64,000 nucleotides of DNA from Acidimicrobiia bacterium (GTDB lineage: Bacteria > Actinomycetota > Acidimicrobiia > IMCC26256 > JAMXLJ01): the NCBI GenBank assembly GCA_024281095.1, contig JAMXLJ010000081.1:1361-65360 (forward strand), read 5' to 3'. Below the pieces are notes generated by a model. It saw nothing but the letters and a program-made list of their open reading frames with translations. It made no database searches and was not told where the DNA came from. The translations under genes and the position numbers were made by a program. Below are positions 56,488-64,000 of this stretch, in pieces. The first letter of the stretch is position 1, and each line of letters opens with the position of its first letter.

Positions 56488-56629
56488 GACGCCCCCTTTG
56501 TGCGTCCTGCCCCGACGGGGCTGCCCACCAAGACGCACCCCCATCGTGCGCCTGTCGGCGGCACGCGTCCACCTCGTTTCTCCGCCGGCGACGGGCACCG
56601 GGATTGGCAGAAGGTGGCATCATCCCTCG

Positions 56630-58147
56630 ATGGACGCACCGTGGACCGGTGACGCGTGCTCACTCGTCGACGCCTTCCGCCGCGGCGAGCGCTCGCCGCT
56701 CGAGGAGTTCGACGCGACGCTGCGCGCGATCAAGGCGAGCGATATCAATGCGTTCTCGTTCATCGATCCCGAACGCGCGCGCGACGCCGCCCGGAGCGCC
56801 GACGTGACGAAGCCCTTCGGTGGCGTGCCGGCGGGGATCAAGGAGCTCGAGTCCGTCGCCGGCTGGCCGGCCACGGAAGCATCGCTGGTGTTCCGCGACC
56901 GGGTCGCGTCGACGACGTCGACGCTCGTCGCGCGGGTCCTCGCCGGGGGCGCGGTGCCCGTCGGGCTCACGACCGCGAGCGAGTTCGGCGGCTTGAACAT
57001 CGGCTCGAGCCGGCTCAACGGGGTCACGCACAACCCGTGGCGTCACGGCCGCTCGACCGGCGGGTCTTCGGCCGGAAGTGCGGCGGCGGTCGCGGGCGGG
57101 CTCGTGACCCTCGCGACCGGCGGGGACGGCGGCGGGTCGATCCGCATCCCGGCCGGCTACACAGGCCTGCTCGGCATGAAGGGTACGTACGGACGCATCC
57201 CGCGTTCGCCGTATGCGTTCTCGCGGCCTGGCACCGTGGTCCTCGGCAACCTGGCCCGTTCGGTGCGCGACGCGGCCCGCTTCTACGACGTGTGCGCGGG
57301 ATACGACCCCGCCGATCCGTCGAGCCTCCCGTCACCCGGCGGTTGGGAGCGCGGTCTCGGCACCCACGAGCTCGCCGGCCGGCGCGTCGCCGTGCTGCCG
57401 TCCCTCGGCGGGGTGACGAAGGTCGCGCCGGAAGTCGAGCATCGGGTGCGCGAGGCCGCGAAGGCACTGATCGAGGCGACCGGCATGGTGGAGGTCGACC
57501 TCGAGCTCGCGCTGCCCAACCTCTCGGCCCAGTGGATGATGGGGAACCTCGCGACGTTGCTCGCCGAGCTCGGCGATCGCTGGCCCGCGTGCGCGTCCGA
57601 GCTGACCGCGGAGGTGGCGACCGGCCTCTATCTGTCGCAAGCGATGTACAACCTGCACACTGCCGCGGTCGCCGAGGCGTTGCGGCTGGACGCATACGCG
57701 GCGATGGCGGGCGCGTTCGAGACGGTCGACTTCGTCGTCGCGGCCACGAACCCCGACGTCGCGTTCCCGGCCGATGCGCCGACGAGCAACCCGACCGACA
57801 GTTTCGTCGACGCCGCGCGCGACAGCACCGTGGCCCGCATCGCGTACCGGGCTGCGCTCGGCCTCGTGCGGCTGGCCGCCGCGGCACGGCCGGCGCTGCC
57901 GTCGAAGCTCCTCGAGCTCGGATCGCGCCGCTTCCCCGACCTCGTCAGCATGGGAGCGCTGACGATGGTGTCGAACATCTGCGGCAACCCGGCCGTGTCG
58001 ATCCCGGCCGGGTTCGTCGACGGGCTGCCGGTGGGGATGCAGGTGCTGACCCGGCACCACGCCGACGCGCTGCTCTTCGACGTGGCGCTCGCGGTCGAAC
58101 GGACGAACCCGTGGCCGATCACAGCCGGCGCCGGACGCGCATCGTGA
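56630..58147 (+). CDS. amidase-signature family amidase
   Basis: Contains GGSSAGSAAAVAGGLVTLATGGDGGGSIRIPA. Confidence 0.9.
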   Translation: MDAPWTGDACSLVDAFRRGERSPLEEFDATLRAIKASDINAFSFIDPERARDAARSADVTKPFGGVPAGIKELESVAGWPATEASLVFRDRVASTTSTLVARVLAGGAVPVGLTTASEFGGLNIGSSRLNGVTHNPWRHGRSTGGSSAGSAAAVAGGLVTLATGGDGGGSIRIPAGYTGLLGMKGTYGRIPRSPYAFSRPGTVVLGNLARSVRDAARFYDVCAGYDPADPSSLPSPGGWERGLGTHELAGRRVAVLPSLGGVTKVAPEVEHRVREAAKALIEATGMVEVDLELALPNLSAQWMMGNLATLLAELGDRWPACASELTAEVATGLYLSQAMYNLHTAAVAEALRLDAYAAMAGAFETVDFVVAATNPDVAFPADAPTSNPTDSFVDAARDSTVARIAYRAALGLVRLAAAARPALPSKLLELGSRRFPDLVSMGALTMVSNICGNPAVSIPAGFVDGLPVGMQVLTRHHADALLFDVALAVERTNPWPITAGAGRAS

Positions 58148-58157
58148 CCGGCGCGGA

Positions 58158-59762
58158 TCAGTTCACCGTGAAGCAGCTCTGACAGCCGCCGCCGCCGACC
58201 GCGGCGGGGCCGGGCCCGGTGCCGGTGTCGAGCACGAAGACGGTGTGAGGGCCGGTCGGCGCGTTGCCGGCGATCGTGATCGTCACATCCACTTCACCGG
58301 GCCGGCGATTGGTGATGGACTGCACCGTCACACCCGGACCGAAGTCGACCGTCGGGTCGGGCCCGTAAAGGAAGTGCGAGCCGAACACGGCGACGGTCTG
58401 CGGCCCGCTCCCGCGCGTGCCGACGGCCGGCGTGACCGAGTCCACGGTGGGTGGGATGGCGAAGCGAGTGAACACGTCGAACGCGTTGTTGGTGTCGCCG
58501 TCGACGAGGTTGCTCGCAAACGATTCGAACGCGACGTATCTGCCGTCCCGGCTGAGGCTCGGGCGCTGGCTGTCGCCGTTTCCCTGCGTGCCCGGGCCGT
58601 TGACTGCCTCGGTCTCGCTCGCCCGCGTGGTCGTCTCACGCGTGTGGCCGCCGAAGACCGCCGCGTTCCGGTCGCGCACGAACACGTCGGTCTTTGCGTT
58701 GCCGTCACCGGTGACGAGGTTCGTCGCGAACGATTGGAACGCGATCCGCAGGCCGTCGCCGGAGATCGAGGGGGCGAAGCTGCTGCCGTCGGACTGACTG
58801 CCGTCGTTCGCGACGCTCACGACCTCGCTACTTCCGCCGGCCGCGCTCACATACGCGTTGGACACACCGTTCGTGATGCCCGGCACGATGTCGTTCGAGA
58901 ACGAGTCGTACGCGACGAGTGGGATCTGGAACCCACCTTGTGGTGCGGACAGAGCGGCATCCCCGCCGCCGAAGTCGCCTCCGAACCGGAAGACGTTGTT
59001 GACGTCGCCGATCTGGCGGAGGAACACGTCGTCCGCACCGTTGGTGTCCCCCGGCACGAGGTTGGTCGCGGAGGACTGGTACGCCACCCACGCGCCCGTC
59101 GGATCGACCACGGCCCCGATGCTGCGGCCGTTGGCCTCTCCGCTGCCACCCTTCGGGATACTCACCCGCGCCGTCGTCCCGGCGGAGATGTTGCGCACGA
59201 ACACGTCGTCGACCGCGTTCGAGTCTCCGGGCACCAGATCGGTCGCGACGGACTGGAAGGCGACGATGTTGCCGTCGGCGCTGATGCTCGGCGCGCGGCT
59301 CGTGCCGTTGACCTGTGCTCCTCCGGTCGCGACACTCACGCGAGTCGTCGTGCCGAGCAGCCGGTCGCGCACGAAGACGTCGCCGACACCGTTCGTGTCG
59401 CCGGTGACGAGGTTGGAGGCGAACGAGTCGAAGGCGACGAACCGCCCGTCGCCGCTGATCGCGGGATCCGAGCAGTCCGCGGTCGATTGCGAACCGTCGT
59501 TCGCAAGACTCACCCGCTCCGTCTTCCCGGTCCGGTTGTCGCGCACGAAGATGTCGGCAACTCCGTTCGTGTCGTTGCTCACGAGGTTCGACGCGCTCGA
59601 CTCGAACGCAGTGAACCGCCCGTCACTGCTCACGACCGCGTGCACGCTCGGGCCGTTCGCCTGATCACCGGTGCTCGACACGGACGACCGGACGAGCCAC
59701 GCACACCCGCCACCTGTGATCGCCAGTGCGAGCGCGGCCACGAGAACGCGCAACCGCCGCAT
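58158..59762 (-). CDS. secreted TolB-like (PD40) seven-repeat beta-propeller protein with a C-terminal IPT/TIG-like Ig domain
   Basis: Seven repeats of the type S.DGRFVAF.S.ASNLV.GDTNG..DVFVRD...G.T.RVS. Lipoprotein-like signal ALAITGGGC. Confidence 0.8.
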   Translation of the reverse strand: MRRLRVLVAALALAITGGGCAWLVRSSVSSTGDQANGPSVHAVVSSDGRFTAFESSASNLVSNDTNGVADIFVRDNRTGKTERVSLANDGSQSTADCSDPAISGDGRFVAFDSFASNLVTGDTNGVGDVFVRDRLLGTTTRVSVATGGAQVNGTSRAPSISADGNIVAFQSVATDLVPGDSNAVDDVFVRNISAGTTARVSIPKGGSGEANGRSIGAVVDPTGAWVAYQSSATNLVPGDTNGADDVFLRQIGDVNNVFRFGGDFGGGDAALSAPQGGFQIPLVAYDSFSNDIVPGITNGVSNAYVSAAGGSSEVVSVANDGSQSDGSSFAPSISGDGLRIAFQSFATNLVTGDGNAKTDVFVRDRNAAVFGGHTRETTTRASETEAVNGPGTQGNGDSQRPSLSRDGRYVAFESFASNLVDGDTNNAFDVFTRFAIPPTVDSVTPAVGTRGSGPQTVAVFGSHFLYGPDPTVDFGPGVTVQSITNRRPGEVDVTITIAGNAPTGPHTVFVLDTGTGPGPAAVGGGGCQSCFTVN

Positions 59763-59838
59763 CGACCGACCCCCTTCAGACCCGGCCGGACTGCCCTCGA
59801 CAGAGGGACCGTAACAAGCAGGTCGCCCATGATCTAGG

Positions 59839-60816
59839 GTGCGCCTCGTGGCCCTCTGGGACGAGGAGCTCGAGCAGCTGCGACCGCAGCTCCGCGAGGA
59901 GGCGGCGACGTTCGTCGCATCCGTCGCGTGGAACGAGACCGACACCGCGGGGCTGTCGATCGACGAGCGAGTCGCCGCCCATCGGCGGTCCGAGCTCGGC
60001 GGCCCCCCGTCCGACCGCGGGGTCGACCGGACGATCGACGGTCCGACGGGCCCGATCCGGCTGCGCACGTTCACGCACGAGCACCCGGAAGGTGTGCTGC
60101 TGCACATCCACGGCGGCGCCTGGATGGCCGGCTCACCGGAGATGATGGACCAGCTCCACGCCATCCTCGTCGACACGTGCAACGTGGCGGTCGTGAGCGT
60201 CGACTACCGCCTTGCACCGGAGCATCCCTATCCGGCGGCGCCGGACGACTGCGAGGCCGCCGCCTGCTGGCTGATCGAGCACGCCGCGGAGGAATTCGGC
60301 TCCGATCGGCTGCTCATCGCAGGCGAGTCCGCCGGCGCGCATCTCGCGGCGGTCACGTTGCTGCGCATGCGCGACGGACACGACGCCGCTGACCGCTTCC
60401 TCGGCGCGAACCTCGTGTTCGGCGCGTACGACCTCTCACGCACGCCGAGTCAACGCGGCGTCGGGATCGCACCCGGGACCGACATCCTCGACGGCACCGG
60501 CTTCCCGCTCGACCTGTTCTTGCCGGGTATGAGCGAGGAGCAACGCCGCGACCCCGACGTGTCGCCGCTCTTTGCCGATCTGCGCGGCATGCCGCCCGCA
60601 CTCTTCTCCGTCGGCACGAACGACCACCTCGTCGACGACACACTGTTCATGGCGGCGCGATGGGAAGTCGCAGGAAATCGGACGGATCTCCTCGTGTACC
60701 CCGACACCCCGCACGGGTGCATCGCTCTGCCCACCGTCGCCGGGCACTTCTTCCCGCGGCTGTTCGACTTCTTCCGCGCCTGCCTGAAGACACCCCGCGC
60801 CGTACCGTCGCGTTAG
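59839..60816 (+). CDS. alpha/beta-hydrolase, hormone-sensitive-lipase-type esterase
   Basis: Oxyanion motif HGGAW, nucleophile elbow GESAGAHLA, and a late Asp/His (NDHLVDD, TPHG). Confidence 0.88.
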   Translation: MRLVALWDEELEQLRPQLREEAATFVASVAWNETDTAGLSIDERVAAHRRSELGGPPSDRGVDRTIDGPTGPIRLRTFTHEHPEGVLLHIHGGAWMAGSPEMMDQLHAILVDTCNVAVVSVDYRLAPEHPYPAAPDDCEAAACWLIEHAAEEFGSDRLLIAGESAGAHLAAVTLLRMRDGHDAADRFLGANLVFGAYDLSRTPSQRGVGIAPGTDILDGTGFPLDLFLPGMSEEQRRDPDVSPLFADLRGMPPALFSVGTNDHLVDDTLFMAARWEVAGNRTDLLVYPDTPHGCIALPTVAGHFFPRLFDFFRACLKTPRAVPSR

Positions 60817-60844
60817 CGCGTTCTCTGGCCGTGGCTCGCGCCGC

Positions 60845-62134
60845 TCAAGCGTGCGCAGCGGGGCCGCGTGGCACGTCGCGGAAGGCGACGTCGCGGTCGA
60901 ATGCCTGCTCGCGCGGCATTCCCAACACGCGCTCGCTGATGACGTTGCGGGCCATCTCGGTGGTGCCGCCCGCGATCGCCGGGAGCTGCCGCATCACAAA
61001 GTCGAAACCGCTGCGGGCCACCGCGCCGTCGTCGCCGCACCATGCGGCGCCTGCCGCGCCGGCGATCTCGAACGCGATCGTGGCGAAGCGGGTCGCCGCG
61101 ACACCACTGAACAGCCGGCCGACGGACGCCGACTGATCCGACATGCGCCCCGACGCGACACCTTCACTGATCCGGCGCTGCAGCGCGGCCCCGACGAGCT
61201 CGAGCATGTGAGCCTCGCCGATCAGGTCGCGCGCGTACGGATCGTCGAGCCGGCCGGCGTCATGTGCCGCCGCGGCGAGCATCTCGGCACCGAACCGCAC
61301 GTGCCCCCCGGTCGGCGGCTGGGTGATCAGCGGCGAGTTGTGGCCCATCGCCATGCGCTCGTAGAACATCCAGCGCACACCGACGGTCCAACCCTGGTCG
61401 ACCCCGCCGATCCGGTCGCCGTCGGGAACCCGGACGTCGGTCAGGAACTCCTGACAGAACTCCTTGTTGCCGTTCACCATCTCGATGCGGTGCACCTCGA
61501 TGCCGGGCTGGTGGATCGGCAGCATGAACACCGTGAGGCCTCGGTGTTTCGGCACGTCCCAGTTGGTGCGCGCGAGGCACAACGCCCAGTCGGACCACCA
61601 CGCACCCGTCGTCCAGACCTTCGACCCGTTCAACACCCACTCGTCGCCGTCGCGCACTGCACTCGTGAGCGCCCCGGCGACGTCGGAGCCGCCGCTCGGC
61701 TCCGACAGGAACTGCACCCAGATCTCCTCTCCTTTGAGGATGGCCGGAATGTGGCGCCGTTTCTGCTCTTCGGTGCCGAAGTCGAGAAGCACCGCGGCGC
61801 ATGTCGCCATCGTCGGCGACTGCAATGACACCGGGTACTCGTAACCGACCAGCTCTTCGTTGAGCGCCCATTGATGGGCCGGAGACAGACCTTGGCCGCC
61901 GTACTCGCGCGGTACGCAGACACCGGCGAGGTCCGCGTCGAACAGCATGCGTTGGACCTCGCGATCGCGCGTCACCGCGGCGAACACGTCGTCGTCACTC
62001 GGCACGTCACTGACGAACGTGCCGAACTCGACCGACGACCTCGGCTCGAGGTTCGCCCGTATCCACGCCCGCGCCCGCCGACGGAAGCTGACCACGTCCT
62101 CCATCCCGGGGTCGTGCTCTTCGAGTGCGCTCAT
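60845..62134 (-). CDS. acyl-CoA dehydrogenase family protein
   Basis: ACAD N-, middle and C-domain patterns (GSKVWTTGAWWSDWALCLART, GGTTEMARNVISERVLGMP). The ATG overlaps the upstream stop (ATGA). Confidence 0.88.
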   Translation of the reverse strand: MSALEEHDPGMEDVVSFRRRARAWIRANLEPRSSVEFGTFVSDVPSDDDVFAAVTRDREVQRMLFDADLAGVCVPREYGGQGLSPAHQWALNEELVGYEYPVSLQSPTMATCAAVLLDFGTEEQKRRHIPAILKGEEIWVQFLSEPSGGSDVAGALTSAVRDGDEWVLNGSKVWTTGAWWSDWALCLARTNWDVPKHRGLTVFMLPIHQPGIEVHRIEMVNGNKEFCQEFLTDVRVPDGDRIGGVDQGWTVGVRWMFYERMAMGHNSPLITQPPTGGHVRFGAEMLAAAAHDAGRLDDPYARDLIGEAHMLELVGAALQRRISEGVASGRMSDQSASVGRLFSGVAATRFATIAFEIAGAAGAAWCGDDGAVARSGFDFVMRQLPAIAGGTTEMARNVISERVLGMPREQAFDRDVAFRDVPRGPAAHA

Positions 62135-63270
62135 GCTGCCGCGACTCGGCGCTCGATGATGGCGGCCAGCCGTTGACGGTGGTCGGCGGGCGTGCCGTAC
62201 AGGCCGTGGTCCACGGTGATGCGGCGCAGGAAGAGATGGATGTCGTGCTCGAATGTGAGACCGATCCCGCCATGGATCTGCACGCAGTCCTGCGCGAGCT
62301 CGGCGCCTTGCGTACCGACGAACGCCTTCGCCGCGCTGACGAGCTCCGCGGCGTCCGGTGCGCCGGCCTCTGTCGCGGCGGCGGCCGCGTCGCTGATCGC
62401 GTGGCCGGCCTCGAGCCACGACTTCATGTCGGCGAAGCGGTGCTTCAGCTCCTGGTACGACGCGAGGGGACGACCGAAGGAATAGCGCTGGAACGCCCAA
62501 TCGACGGTCATGTCGAACGCGCTCTGCATCGCGCCGACGGCCTCCACGCTGAGCAGCGTCGCGGCGATCTGCAGTTGGCGCTCGACCTGCTCGGCCGCGC
62601 CGCCGACTTCACCTACGACTGCGTCGACCGGCACGCGCACGTCGTCGAAGCGCACGAGCCCGAAGCGGCGCGTCAGGTCGACCGACTTCAGCGGCTCGAT
62701 CGCAACACCGCGTGCATCCGAGGGCACGAGCACCTGTGTCAGGCCGGCACCCGTCCGCCCCGTCACCAACAGCGCGCCGGCCTGCGCGGCCGATTCCACC
62801 GGCCGCTTGACGCCGTTCAGCACGACCTCGGGCCCGTCGACCCGGATCTCGAGGGTCACGTCGCCGAGGCGGTCGTTCGGAACCGGCTCACCGAAGCACC
62901 ACGATGCGACAGCCTCGCCCGACAGCAGATGGTCGAGCGCGGCCGAGTGCATGTCGCCGCCGGCGTCGCTCAACGCGGCTGCGACGACGTTCGTCGCCAC
63001 GAGCGGCCCCGGCGCCGCGTGCCGCCCGAACTCGTAGGCGATGAAGCTGAGATCGACGACGCCTTCGCCGCTGATGCTGCCCCCGCCGCGCTCCTCGGAG
63101 ACGAGCAATGACGTCCACCCGAGCTCGGCGCCGCGGCGCCAGTAGTCGGCGTCGTAGCCGGCAGGGTCGTCGCGCAACGCGCGGAGACGGTCGACGGGCA
63201 CCATGTCGTCCAGAAACCGCGCGGTCGTCTCGCGGAAAAACTCCTGGTCGCCGGTCGGCTGCAACCGCAT
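62131..63270 (-). CDS. acyl-CoA dehydrogenase family protein (partner subunit candidate)
   Basis: Contains FGRPLASYQELKHRFADM and IHGGIGLTFEHDIHLFLRR. Confidence 0.85.
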   Translation of the reverse strand: MRLQPTGDQEFFRETTARFLDDMVPVDRLRALRDDPAGYDADYWRRGAELGWTSLLVSEERGGGSISGEGVVDLSFIAYEFGRHAAPGPLVATNVVAAALSDAGGDMHSAALDHLLSGEAVASWCFGEPVPNDRLGDVTLEIRVDGPEVVLNGVKRPVESAAQAGALLVTGRTGAGLTQVLVPSDARGVAIEPLKSVDLTRRFGLVRFDDVRVPVDAVVGEVGGAAEQVERQLQIAATLLSVEAVGAMQSAFDMTVDWAFQRYSFGRPLASYQELKHRFADMKSWLEAGHAISDAAAAATEAGAPDAAELVSAAKAFVGTQGAELAQDCVQIHGGIGLTFEHDIHLFLRRITVDHGLYGTPADHRQRLAAIIERRVAAA

Positions 63271-63325
63271 CGAGCGAAATCGTAGTTCTCCAATTTCAAG
63301 AGCACCGCTTCCTGCATCCCGCACG

Positions 63326-64000
63326 TCATGGCGCGAGGTTCGCGGCGTACGCGCTCCGATGCTCGGCCCACCAGCGACGGCGACGGTCGAAGCGCTCCAT
63401 GCCACCGATGTCATGCCACATCGCGACGAAGCCGGGCTCGCCGGCCTCGACGTGGCGGGCCACGAATTCACCGCCCCGCGCAATTGTTTCCTCGAGCGCC
63501 GCGAGCAACTCGCGGCGACCCGTCGCGTCGACACCGTACGTGTCGCACACCAGTCGCAGCCGTTCGGGGCGGTTCGCCGGTTGCCACCCGAGTCGCGCCG
63601 CGCTGACCTCGTCGTCGATTGGGACGCACATGCGCGCGAACTGCGCCAGGTCGTAGACGGGTCGGCCCGGCGCCGCGAAGTCGAAGTCCAAAAGGGCCAC
63701 GGCCTTGCCGTCGCGGAATACGACGTTCTCCACGCACACGTCGTTGTGACAGACGATCGGCCCGCCTTGGGGGTCCGCGAGCTCGGGGCTCCAGTCGATG
63801 CCCGCCGGATCGAACGTGGCCGATGCCGTGTGAAAGGCGGCGATGAGCTCGGTCATCGATGCGAGGCAGTCGTCGGTCTGCACCCAGCCGGAGAACGGCG
63901 GGATGGCAACCGCTCCGGGGACGAACTCGAGCCGCTCGCGGTCGCCTTCGATGCCAACCGGCCGCGGCACGCCGTCGAACCCGGTGGCGCGCAAGGCGGA
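63326..64000 (-). CDS. aminoglycoside/choline-kinase-type phosphotransferase (partial; the 5' end probably lies beyond the window)
   Basis: Catalytic loop CHNDVCVENVVF and the Mg-binding motif LLDFDFAAPG. Confidence 0.8.
   Translation of the reverse strand, partial: SALRATGFDGVPRPVGIEGDRERLEFVPGAVAIPPFSGWVQTDDCLASMTELIAAFHTASATFDPAGIDWSPELADPQGGPIVCHNDVCVENVVFRDGKAVALLDFDFAAPGRPVYDLAQFARMCVPIDDEVSAARLGWQPANRPERLRLVCDTYGVDATGRRELLAALEETIARGGEFVARHVEAGEPGFVAMWHDIGGMERFDRRRRWWAEHRSAYAANLAP

Overview
This is a very GC-rich, densely coding chromosomal segment. Third codon positions are almost always G/C, which produces long spurious antisense ORFs throughout. The gene content looks like Actinomycetota: a mycothiol-type DinB enzyme, an MMPL transporter, a DUF222-HNH gene and a HisKA_3/NarL two-component system. 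I cannot assign a genus. I support about 58 protein-coding genes and see no rRNA, tRNA or CRISPR array.

Layout, left to right:
1. The tail of a [NiFe]-hydrogenase maturation locus (hypE 3' end, hypF).
2. A translationally coupled heat-shock operon, dnaK-grpE-(zinc-finger-less dnaJ/cbpA-like)-MerR-like-clpB. It is preceded by an unusual 3 x 16-bp tandem repeat.
3. Stress and envelope genes (GT4, BON, MBL, hotdog thioesterase, Zn-ADH).
4. A co-oriented envelope/lipid block: MMPL transporter, a secreted 5-repeat protein, two phospholipase-C-type phosphoesterases, and a large fusion of a degenerate PAP2 domain, a degenerate kinase-like domain and an MprF-flippase-like domain.
5. A DegT aminotransferase / PhyH-like oxygenase / PQQ-propeller / lipoprotein-hydrolase block, with twin palindromes in its divergent promoter.
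6. A small-gene and regulator region: two short ORFs, a NarL-type two-component system, a protein made only of two tandem HTH units, and a DUF3224-MarR pair.
7. A DUF222/HNH gene next to a truncated phosphotransferase remnant.
8. A tightly coupled hotdog-sulfotransferase-DUF1214-tag operon.
9. A PilZ-led gene row.
10. phoU and a UvrD-like helicase.
11. A catabolic block: BVMO, substrate-binding protein, BBE-type FAD oxidase, amidase, esterase and a paired acyl-CoA dehydrogenase.

The strongest candidates for something undescribed are the pseudo-enzyme/flippase fusion with its lipid-remodelling neighbourhood, the DGWGGLHPF/YWxGWDIARG repeat protein, the repeat array upstream of dnaK, the twin palindromes at 28.5 kb, and the sulfotransferase operon. 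All functional calls rest on motifs I read in the translations. No database search was possible.
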